DNA of 64,000 nt from an uncultured delta proteobacterium (GTDB lineage: Bacteria > Desulfobacterota > Syntrophia > Syntrophales > UBA2185): the NCBI GenBank assembly GCA_963729715.1, contig CAVSPA010000016.1, positions 1 to 64,000 of the forward strand, written 5' to 3'. How positions within the stretch are numbered: the first letter of the stretch is position 1; every line of letters begins with the position of its first letter. The position numbers and the translations under genes are program-made. Positions 9,602 to 18,199 of the stretch are shown piece by piece. The notes under the pieces are model-generated. The model was not told where the DNA came from, ran no database searches, and worked only from the letters and a program-made list of their open reading frames with translations.

Positions 9602-12600
9602 TTACTTCAAATGATATATAGGATGGTCCTTCCCAAAATCTATGATGTGGGGTGTCTGGCTGTGGCCGATTTCCCTGGAGATTGCCGAAGTCTTCTGTTT
9701 TGAGTATGCACCCAGTTCCACTATACTCACCTCCCCATCATGATTCGTATCGGCGACACGTTTGTCGTTCAGTCCGTCCAGCAGCACATGTGTGAACAGC
9801 CCATTGCCTCTGTATCCATCCATGGCGGCCTGTTTGTCACTCGCCGATGCATAAATATGAAGCCCCATCTTCTTTGCAAGTACTGACATCCGGGCGTCAT
9901 ATAGACCGGATATGATATAGTCCACACCGCCTGCATGGCACGTGTCGAAGATAAACAACTGACTAAGGGATTTTATCTTCTTGGATATTTCCACGATTTC
10001 ATTGGAGCTGATCATATTGTTCCCATTTATTTGGCCGTCGTAGTCATGGGTAAGCATATAATATTGGTTCTGTAAAAGAAGCCCGTGTCCCGCTACAAAG
10101 AGGATGAAACTGTCCGGGGGCTTCATTGTTTTGGAAAATTCATCGATCTTATTCGCAATGTTTTTCTTGATCGCCATGCCGTCGGTCAGCAGCGCGTAGT
10201 GGATATTCCGGGGCTTATATATTGTCGCGGATTGTGCCTTGAGTTTCCCCTCCAGTTCTGCCGCATCCTTTACAGCGTATTTCAGATTGACAGTACCGTC
10301 TTTATACCGGTCGATACCAACGGCAAGGATATAGAGATGAGGGTCTTCACGTTTTACTTTTGAATTGAAGCTGATCGTCTTCATAAAACTCTGAACGGTA
10401 TTGCTTCTATTGAACGCAGAAACGCTCACCTCGTTCTCCCCGGGAACTGGTTCTATCTCTCCACAGTCCTCCAAGACATCTCCTTTGGCTTTGCTTGATG
10501 TCGGAGCGGAATCAATTTTGCCTTTAACAGTTATGCTTCGCATATCCTCGTAAATAGTCTTACTGTCCAATGCTGCCAATTGAGTTTTATCAGCAGTGGA
10601 TCTTACAATCTCTTTATAATATCCGTCAGACTGGACAAGCTTTCCGTTATGGAATAGCCTGACCTCTCCGATACCGCAACCGGTACTGTTGACCTTGTAG
10701 CAGACCTTTATCTTCGGCTGGTCCGTGCCAGTAAGCCGGGAAGTGAATTCCGTGACAGGCGGTGGGCACGCGATAGCGTTGTCGAGCGTGACCGTCTCCA
10801 GTCCGCTGATGTCTTCCCCTTTCAGTCTTGCTGCCACTATATCGGGACGGTAAAAGACATCATAGAATTGATCAATGCCATAGACCTGTCTTTCTTTTCT
10901 CACATTGATATGCTTATGCGCGTTTTGAGAGGCGTTGTAGTAACCATCGGGAAGCATTACAACCCACTCACCGTCAGCAAACATAAAGAATTTGGCAATG
11001 GACGCACCACTGGCAGCATCATACAGGTAGACCTGACTTCCTTCGCCGACACCCGTCCTCGATGATAATGATGCAGCAACTATATATCGCCCGTCCTTAG
11101 TCAATCTGAAATTTCCAGCTCCTGATTCAAGGGGGATGACCTTAATTAGTTTCCTTGATGGAATGTCCAGCAGCACCAATTTGTTTCCCCACTCCACAAG
11201 AATGCGGCGACTGTCCGCTGAAAAAGTGCAATGAGGCGTAAGATCAAAAAATACGGATGTTGTGTAAATTATGGTATCATTACGCGATTCGTCCGTGACC
11301 CTCTTCTCATGAGGGGCAATAAGAACGTCCTGAAAAGAACGAAAAAGAAAACCTACTTGCTTGCCTGTTGCAACTTCTCTCAAGTCAAGGTTGCGCAAAT
11401 TGTCCAAACCAAAGAACAGATATCTTCCATCGGGAGAAAAAGCGGGCAGGTGGGGAGATGATCCCCCACGATGCATATCGTACTTAGCGACTTCCTTGCC
11501 TGTCGCTATATCAAATAGCGTACAGGTCTTATCATGGTTAACAGTAAGGAAGTGCTTATTGTCAGGAGAAAAAATGGTACTCGAAAACAATCCGCCAGGC
11601 GCGTTAGAGGTATAAGACTGGACGACACGCCCTCTGTCAAGATTCCACAGGTCAATCCTGTTGCCGCCGATTCTTTGAAAACTCCTCATGTCAATTCTGT
11701 TCTCGCCGCCGGCGAGGGCGTAACGGCCATCTTGTGAAAACGAAACGGAGCTTCCCAACACATTCGAAACTTTTTTCAGTACCTTGCCTGTAGAAATCTG
11801 CCAAATATAGACGGAACCACCCACTCTGGAAAGCACCTTGTCGCCGTCGTCCATGATCACCATGTCCTTCATCGGCGCTCCCATTAGATCTCTCGGCAGG
11901 TCCGTAAATGTCGTTTGCAGTGTTCCTGAGGTCAGGTCCCAAAGCCGAGGCGGGCTTAACCGGCTTGTGGATAACAGACGATTGCCATCCGGCGTAAAGG
12001 CAATATCAGCAATATAATCCAGGTTTCTCTGGATCACTCTTACAACCTGCCCTGTTGAAATCTTCCACATTACAATACCAAAATCGTCTCTACATCCGGC
12101 AACAATATACCGGCCGTCGTTTGAAAGGGCGACGGCTGTCACCCCGCCTGATGGGGTACGGAATGTCTTTATTTCATTTCCCGATTTCACATCCCACAGC
12201 TTTACGACACCATTCCAACTTCCTGATACGATATGCTTCCCGTCCTGTGAAAAGGCCAATGAAAATATGCAGTCGTCCCGAACTCTCAATCTCCGCAACT
12301 CCTTGCCCGTTGAGACATCCCATATAATTATATCGGGGTCTTTTGTATCGCACATTACGTAAGCTCTTGTTGTCCTCGTCTGCGTCCCTGTCGATACGAG
12401 GTAACGGAGATCAGGAGAAAAAACAACCGCATTAATGCCGGCTGAGTGACCAACAAACGTTCTTATTACTCTGCCGGTGGATAGGTCCCACATCTTGATA
12501 GTCTTGTCGGAACCGTCGCCTCCCGTCACAGCGTACCTTGAATCCGGCGAAAAGGCGGCAGTAACAACAGCTCCCTGATGGCCGCCAAGACGCCATATCT

Positions 12601-13079
12601 CTTTCCCTGTTGCATAATCATACAACGTTGCATGATCAATAGCCGGATTCAAATAGTAACGTAAGTCTTTGGAGATGAATCTGGCAGCTTCGACCCCTCC
12701 GAGCCCCATCTTTTTTATCACTTCTCCGCTGCTGATGCTCAGAAGCTTGCCATCCACAATTACATCAGAGCTATCAGAAGCAAATTGGGCGTTGAAACCA
12801 TAGAAAGTCCTGAACTCTCTGCCGGATTCCACATCCCAGATCTTCGCATTACCATTGCCCGTGGCTAACAAGAAACGTCCGTCGGACGAAAACTCTACGG
12901 CGTTTATCTCTGGTTGAGGGCCGGCTTGCATGAATATCGCTATCGATGATTGAGATGCATCTCTTACGGTGGGAAAATCCGGCGTAGATTGATAAAGAAA
13001 AGCCTCTTCTTTTGCTGAGCACACTGAGATGGCAATTAATTAAGATCACCGGAATTAGACTGAATGTCGATTTTTTCAT
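9602..13079 (-). CDS. WD40-repeat protein with C-terminal caspase-like (peptidase C14) domain; signal peptide out of frame, main ORF 9602..13024
   Basis: Many FSPDG...WD repeats; His-Cys dyad motifs VAGHG and FDTCHAG; ATG at 13079 with a GGAGG RBS is displaced by a 4-bp duplication at ~13034-13043. Confidence 0.88.
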
Positions 13080-13141
13080 CTTCACCTCCAGCAATTGCCA
13101 TTCACGTTTCAAGAGTTAGCGGGATAAGAACCTCCTTCGAA

Positions 13142-14668
13142 TTAATCTTTGCTATCATCCAACTCAACCGGGTCAACGGACATTTCGGGTGATTGCAGCG
13201 ATCGGGTGGACCTGTCTATATTTTCCGGAGCAACGATATCTGCGCCTGTCGAGGCTCCGAGTTCTTTGAACTTCCGCGCCGTAACAAGCACTCTCCCTTC
13301 AAGAGAGCCGACGGCTTTGTTGTAAAGCTCCACCGTCTGATCGAGACTCTTTCCCATCTTGAAAAAATGTTCGGCCAATACACCGATGCGATCATACAGC
13401 GTCTTGGCTAAACTGCTTATCTCCTCTGCATTCTCAGCAATCTTCTCCTGACGCCAGCCGTAGGCAACTGCCTTCAGAAGCGCGATCAAGGTGGTAGGCG
13501 TTGCCAGGATAACACGCTGATCGACGCCGAACTCGATCAAGGCCGGGTCATGTTCGAGGGCCGCGCTGAAGAATGTTTCGCCGGGCAGAAACAAAACGGC
13601 AAACTCGGGAGTAGGCTTGAATTGGTCCCAGTATGTCTTCGCCCCCAGGTTCGTGAGGTGCGTGCGTATCTGCCGCGCGTGTTCCTTTAATTTTACGACA
13701 CGGCCAGCCTCATCCTGACATTCCAGCGATTCGAGGTAAGCCTGCAGCGGGGCCTTTGCATCCACCACGATGTTCTTCATATTGGGAAGCTTGATGATCA
13801 TATCCGGCCTGAGGCGACCGTCTTCAGTTGTAACAGATTCCTGCTGCAGGAAATCGCAGTATTCGAGCATGCCGGCAATTTCCACAACCCTCTTCAATTG
13901 GATTTCACCCCAGCGCCCGCGCACGGTAGGGGCACGGAGGGCCCTGGCCAAGTTCGTCGTCTCCAACTGAAGCAGGTTCTGGGTAGAGGCGAGCGATTTT
14001 ATCTGCTCCGTGAGAGAAACATAGGAGGTAGTGCGTGCATGCTCGATTTCCATGATCTTGTTATCGACTTTTTCCAGAGACTCCTTCAAGGGTTTAACGA
14101 GATCATCAATGGCCTTCTGCCTTGTCATGAGATCGGTTCTGGCGGAATCCTGAAATCTTTCCAGGGTCTCCCTTGCCAGTTCGAGAAAGGATTGATTGTT
14201 GCTCTTGAGTGCATCTGAAGAGAGCGCCTTGAATGCATCGGACAATTTCTCCCGCGCCTCATCAAGAAGCTTGAGCTTTTCCTCTCCCGCCTTTCGTTCT
14301 TCTACAAGTCGCGTCTCCAGTTCTGAGAGCTTTATCTTTAGATCCGCATTCTCTGCCTCTATCTCCGTGAGCCTCTTTTCCTTGAGCAGCATTGCAGACT
14401 CCATCTCAGGTATGCGTGTGCACTTCTCCTCCACAGCTGAGCGTCTGTCCGACTGAAGTTTAACCTCCTCGCGGAGACCGGCAACCTCTTCCTTTGTCTT
14501 ATCGAGAGAAGACTGCAATTCCTGCACTTGCGTCTCCCTGTTTCTGAGTCGCTCCGCGAGAGTGGCTCCTTTCGATCTCAGCAGTAGATAAACGCCAACT
14601 GCACCCAGACAGGCCCCCGGCAGGAAAAAAATAACTTCGGTAAGGTAATTCATAAGGCAGATCCCCAA
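13142..14668 (-). CDS. rmuC: DNA recombination protein RmuC
   Basis: N-terminal TM helix and coiled coil, then [31 protein letters not shown]. Confidence 0.95.
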   Translation of the reverse strand: MGICLMNYLTEVIFFLPGACLGAVGVYLLLRSKGATLAERLRNRETQVQELQSSLDKTKEEVAGLREEVKLQSDRRSAVEEKCTRIPEMESAMLLKEKRLTEIEAENADLKIKLSELETRLVEERKAGEEKLKLLDEAREKLSDAFKALSSDALKSNNQSFLELARETLERFQDSARTDLMTRQKAIDDLVKPLKESLEKVDNKIMEIEHARTTSYVSLTEQIKSLASTQNLLQLETTNLARALRAPTVRGRWGEIQLKRVVEIAGMLEYCDFLQQESVTTEDGRLRPDMIIKLPNMKNIVVDAKAPLQAYLESLECQDEAGRVVKLKEHARQIRTHLTNLGAKTYWDQFKPTPEFAVLFLPGETFFSAALEHDPALIEFGVDQRVILATPTTLIALLKAVAYGWRQEKIAENAEEISSLAKTLYDRIGVLAEHFFKMGKSLDQTVELYNKAVGSLEGRVLVTARKFKELGASTGADIVAPENIDRSTRSLQSPEMSVDPVELDDSKD

Positions 14669-14810
14669 TTCATATCGTTTTGGTTCAAGGAAGAGAATTT
14701 AACAAACAAAGGGCATAACATTATTTCTTACTGTTCTATTTACCATCTCTTGCGATTTATCTCAATGTAAAGGAAGACAGGGTAGTGGGTCAGTTTCATT
14801 TTATTAGCTA

Positions 14811-14839
14811 TTGACATTGCTTGACCGCTTTAGTATGCT
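14811..14839 (+). promoter_or_regulatory. sigma70 promoter with operator-like spacer; probably yields a leaderless mRNA
   Basis: TTGACA-ttgcttgaccgctttag(17)-TATGCT, with the ATG 6 nt downstream and no SD. Confidence 0.7.
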
Positions 14840-14845
14840 CAGGCC

Positions 14846-15076
14846 ATGAAGAAAACTAAAAGACCACGAGACATAAGCCAACTTGCCGCTTCCATCGTTA
14901 AAGAAGCTACAGGCGAAGATCAACCAAAACAACCCACCAAAGAAAAGAATCCTGCCGCCGTCGCCCTTGGTCGTTTAGGTGGATTAAAGGGCGGGCCTGC
15001 CAGATCAAAAAATCTCACAAAGAAAAAACGTATTGAAATCGCCCGCAAAGCCGCACAGGCAAGGTGGGGAAAATAA
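14846..15076 (+). CDS. Small basic IS-associated protein (often annotated histone H1-like or RNA-binding); probable regulator
   Basis: KRPRD..QLA, KNPAAVALGRLGGLKGG.AR, R.EIARKAA.ARW; this motif is also seen N-terminal to P63C-domain proteins. Confidence 0.75.
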   Translation: MKKTKRPRDISQLAASIVKEATGEDQPKQPTKEKNPAAVALGRLGGLKGGPARSKNLTKKKRIEIARKAAQARWGK

Positions 15077-15079
15077 TGC

Positions 15080-15108
15080 TTGACACTTGGTTTAGTTATA
15101 ACTAAACT
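15080..15108 (+). promoter_or_regulatory. Promoter-like sequence with a perfect 18-bp palindrome upstream of the toxin-like gene
   Basis: TTGACA at 15080; palindrome GTTTAGTTATAACTAAAC at 15090-15107. Confidence 0.65.
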
Positions 15109-15597
15109 ATGCAGAACAAAGTTTCTTATGAAATTACTGAGCTTGAAACTTCACAACACCCCAGACGCGGCGTTGCCTTTCTTATTTCTGGTAATAAAAG
15201 AGTTACGGCAAAGGATGCCTTTGATGGATTGAATCAAAATACCAGAAGTTTTTTCAGCACAAGATTTGATCAATGGGTACAAGGTAAACAAAATGATAAA
15301 TGGTATCATGGATGGTCGAGGTCAGAATTTGGAGGCATATATACGAATTGTTATGTTTTCAAATCTAAAGAGAAAAAATTAGAACAAAGGCTGTATGGTT
15401 TTTTATGTCATCCAATAGCATCAAACCAAAGATACCTTGCTTGCATATTGATAAATCATGCCGTGAAAAAACAACATGAAACGGATACAGTGAACTTAAA
15501 AGACGTAGAAGAAATTAGAACGAACATTGATGCACGAAAAGCTGTTAATGCTTTTTTTGAGGAGATCAAAGATGCATTGGACGGAACGAAATACTAA
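15109..15597 (+). CDS. Putative RelE/HigB/Gp49-like type II toxin
   Basis: C-terminal RLYGF...CILINHAVKKQHETD resembles the Gp49/RelE pattern; overlaps the downstream HTH gene. Confidence 0.55.
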   Translation: MQNKVSYEITELETSQHPRRGVAFLISGNKRVTAKDAFDGLNQNTRSFFSTRFDQWVQGKQNDKWYHGWSRSEFGGIYTNCYVFKSKEKKLEQRLYGFLCHPIASNQRYLACILINHAVKKQHETDTVNLKDVEEIRTNIDARKAVNAFFEEIKDALDGTKY

Positions 15598-16057
15598 AGA
15601 TTATATATTTAGGATTGCGGTAGATTTTATCGATCAATTGGAAAAGAACATGGGCGATATTACTCAAGATAAACTTGCCACTATTCTTGGAAAAACCAAA
15701 GGATATATTTCTCAAGTAATAAATCATCCCGGAAATATTACACTGAACACTATGGTAAAGTTTGCCAGGGCGCTTGGGATGAAAATATCGATAGTAGCTT
15801 ATTCGGATGGTGACCCGGAAAATAGAAGGGGTCCCATTGATTCAGAGATATTTAAAATTTGTTGGGAAAGACAAGGCAAGCCCAGTGATTTTTGGTCTAT
15901 TAAAGAGGCTGATCAAACAGCGAAGACCGCAAATAGCAACGCAGGTAATATATATATCTATCCAAAGGCATTTAAAGACATCATCATATCAAATACAGCC
16001 ACTCCGGAAAGTTTAGCATTTCAAACCAAAGAGACATTGAGTGTTGCAGTAAAATAG
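15572..16057 (+). CDS. XRE-family HTH protein (HigA-like antitoxin) with long C-terminal extension
   Basis: ITQDKLATILGKTKGYISQVINHPGNITLNTMVKFARALG; GAGGAG RBS before ATG 15572. Confidence 0.8.
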   Translation: MHWTERNTKDYIFRIAVDFIDQLEKNMGDITQDKLATILGKTKGYISQVINHPGNITLNTMVKFARALGMKISIVAYSDGDPENRRGPIDSEIFKICWERQGKPSDFWSIKEADQTAKTANSNAGNIYIYPKAFKDIIISNTATPESLAFQTKETLSVAVK

Positions 16058-16069
16058 GAGGATAATGCT

Positions 16070-16315
16070 ATGTCAGAAACATCAGGTTATAATTTCAACC
16101 ACAAAGAGATTGCCGAAGCATTAATTAAATATCAAGGTCTGCATGAAGGTCAATGGCAGATAAGCGTTGAATTTGGAATATCCGCCGCCAACATCCAAAC
16201 CGGAGAAAATCAATATTCTCCCGCCGCGATCGTGCCTATTATTAATATCGGCATTGTGAAAGTCCCCCAAGAAATGCCCTTGTCTGTTGATGCATCAAAG
16301 GTAAATCCAGCATAA
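16070..16315 (+). CDS. Small hypothetical protein, third gene of the TA-like module
   Basis: AGGAGG RBS; 12 nt after the HTH gene; 81 aa with an alpha/beta pattern. Confidence 0.75.
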   Translation: MSETSGYNFNHKEIAEALIKYQGLHEGQWQISVEFGISAANIQTGENQYSPAAIVPIINIGIVKVPQEMPLSVDASKVNPA

Positions 16316-16356
16316 TTTGGCGCAAACTATTTTTTTGATTCCATGTGATATTTTAC

Positions 16357-16385
16357 TTGACAATGCTTGAGCGCTCAAGTATAAA
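16357..16385 (+). promoter_or_regulatory. Transposase sigma70 promoter with a palindromic operator in the spacer
   Basis: TTGACA-atgcttgagcgctcaag(17)-TATAAA; palindrome CTTGAGCGCTCAAG at 16366-16379. Confidence 0.8.
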
Positions 16386-16418
16386 GGTCAGTAAGGAACA
16401 TACTTGAGGGGGCACACC

Positions 16419-17237
16419 ATGAACAAACTAAGCGTAGAAAAAAGGGTACAAGTTATAAGCTGCCTTGTTGAGGGAAACAGCATCCGCGCCACAGTACGCA
16501 TGACAGGAGTTGCAAAGAATACGATTGTCAAGCTACTGGCAGAAGTAGGCGAAGCCTGTTCAAACTATCAAGACAAGGTTCTTAAGAATCTACCTTGCAA
16601 GAATATTCAGTGTGATGAAATCTGGTCTTTCTGCTATGCGAAAGAAAAGAATGTGCCGAAAGATAAACGCGGCAAGTTTGGATATGGTGATGTTTGGACA
16701 TGGACAGCCATTTGTGCTGATACAAAACTTATTCCCTCATGGTTTATTGGAAATCGTGATACTGCTACCGCAAAGGCTTTCATCAATGACTTAGCCTCTC
16801 GCCTTGCTCACAGAATCCAATTAACAACGGACGGCCATAGACCTTATTTAACTGCGGTTGAAGATGCTTTTGCCGGAGACATAGACTATGCAATGCTTCA
16901 CAAGCTGTACGAATCGACCCAAGAACAAACTCGCTACAGTCCGGCAAAATGCAATGGCGCGGAGAAAAAATTAATAACAGGATTTCCCGACCCCAAGAAG
17001 GTTTCGACAAGTTATGCGGAAAGGCAGAATCTAACAATGAGAATGGGAATGAGAAGATTTACAAGACTTACAAATGCCTTTTCAAAAAAGGTAGAGAACC
17101 TTGCCCATGCTGTGTCTCTGCATTTCATGTACTATAACTTTTGCAGAATTCATCAGACGTTAAGGGTAACCCCTGCAATGGAAGCGGGCATTACCGATCA
17201 TGTATGGAACATTAAAGATATTATAGAGTTAGTCTAA
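16419..17237 (+). CDS. IS1-family DDE transposase (HTH + DDE, no zinc ribbon)
   Basis: HTH VEGNSIRATVRMTGVAKNT; QCDEIW, TTDGH and TSYAERQN DDE motifs; RLTNAFSKK; TPAMEAG. Confidence 0.93.
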   Translation: MNKLSVEKRVQVISCLVEGNSIRATVRMTGVAKNTIVKLLAEVGEACSNYQDKVLKNLPCKNIQCDEIWSFCYAKEKNVPKDKRGKFGYGDVWTWTAICADTKLIPSWFIGNRDTATAKAFINDLASRLAHRIQLTTDGHRPYLTAVEDAFAGDIDYAMLHKLYESTQEQTRYSPAKCNGAEKKLITGFPDPKKVSTSYAERQNLTMRMGMRRFTRLTNAFSKKVENLAHAVSLHFMYYNFCRIHQTLRVTPAMEAGITDHVWNIKDIIELV

Positions 17238-17251
17238 TAGTAAGATTTTTA

Positions 17252-17279
17252 TTGACACGATATAGCAAAGGAGTATCAT
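17252..17279 (+). promoter_or_regulatory. Putative promoter for the hairpin plus tRNA-like RNA
   Basis: TTGACA-16 nt-TATCAT with no downstream + strand ORF. Confidence 0.6.
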
Positions 17280-17366
17280 CAAATCAGCGAGAAGGTGAAA
17301 TAGAATCAAGAACCGGAACGGGGCGCGTGGCACTAGGGCAAGTCACAAACCCCGTTCTCATTTTGT

Positions 17367-17438
17367 GCCCCCGTAGCTTAATGGATAAAGCACCTTCTCG
17401 CTAAGTTGGTTATCTTGGTTCGAATCCTAGCGGGGGCA
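17367..17438 (+). tRNA. Atypical tRNA-like gene: Arg-type body, anticodon GCT, three U-U mismatches, no encoded CCA
   Basis: GCCCCCG TA GCTT AATGGATA AAGC A CCTTC TCGCTAA GTTGG TTAT CTTGG TTCGAAT CCTAG CGGGGGC A. Confidence 0.75.
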
Positions 17439-17447
17439 CACCTATGT

Positions 17448-17972
17448 TTAACGAAGCTCAGCCCAACCGGTTAACGTTGGGTTGCCATTATTGGGTAAAA
17501 CAAGATAAGCCGAACCAGGAGGAACGTCAAAGGCAATTTGACTTTGCCCTGAGGCAGAAGACGATGCTGCACTGCATAGATTTCCATTAACCAGTGCGGC
17601 TACACCCGTAGCTCTTATAGACACAATCATTGTCCTACTTGTCGTGTTGTAATATGTCACGCGTAGCGCTCTGCTTGCTGTGACGTTTTGCCAGGTCTGT
17701 AGATGCTCAATTTGTGCTTTTTGTTCAGGAGGTTTGGCGGAATCGCCCTGTGCTGATGGTTGATCTTTCTTTGGGTGTTCTTCATTATATTTATCAATTG
17801 CCCTAACCCATAAAGCGGTCGCTATAATTAATACGACAACAAAAGTAATACAAACGAACACTGCCCATCCTCTATATGGATGGTTTAGAAAAAATCTTCC
17901 ATAAAACCACGCAAGCCAATCAACTGGATTCAAAAATTTTCTCCATTGCACAGGGTTAAAATTTCTTCTCAT
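17448..17972 (-). CDS. Single-pass membrane protein with a C-terminal beta domain resembling phage tail-fibre C-termini
   Basis: TM segment WAVFVCITFVVVLIIATALW, a polar linker, then QTWQNVTASRA...Y.NTT...VPPGSAY.V...W.ELR. Confidence 0.6.
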   Translation of the reverse strand: MRRNFNPVQWRKFLNPVDWLAWFYGRFFLNHPYRGWAVFVCITFVVVLIIATALWVRAIDKYNEEHPKKDQPSAQGDSAKPPEQKAQIEHLQTWQNVTASRALRVTYYNTTSRTMIVSIRATGVAALVNGNLCSAASSSASGQSQIAFDVPPGSAYLVLPNNGNPTLTGWAELR

Positions 17973-18027
17973 AATTTCACCCCCGTGTCAACCTTCCAAA
18001 CTGACCCACTACCGAAGACAGGTCTCA

Positions 18028-18111
18028 TTCAATCCGGCAGCGAGCGCTTGGGGAATATTATTATTCCTTAAGGATCGAAGATCCTCCGCAGTTTACTGCG
18101 GAGAGCCTCAA
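18028..18111. repeat. REP-like palindromic repeat, copy 1
   Basis: 18064-18111 matches 46809-46856 at 42/48; hairpin CTCCGCAGT-TT-ACTGCGGAG. Confidence 0.75.
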
Positions 18112-18199
18112 TTTAGCATTGCGGAATTGGGATATATTGAATAATATAATTGTCGGCTGATGCAGCGCTGGTTCAATTACATAGCGAGATATTTGTGAT

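Larger units (their letters stand above)
14781..18013 (+). mobile_element. Complete IS1-family (ISMhu11-like) cargo transposon, 3233 bp
   Basis: Perfect 16-bp TIRs GGTAGTGGGTCAGTTT (14781-14796) and AAACTGACCCACTACC (17998-18013); 8-bp TSD GAAGACAG (14773-14780 and 18014-18021); intact DDE transposase; visibly AT-richer than the flanks. Confidence 0.95.
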
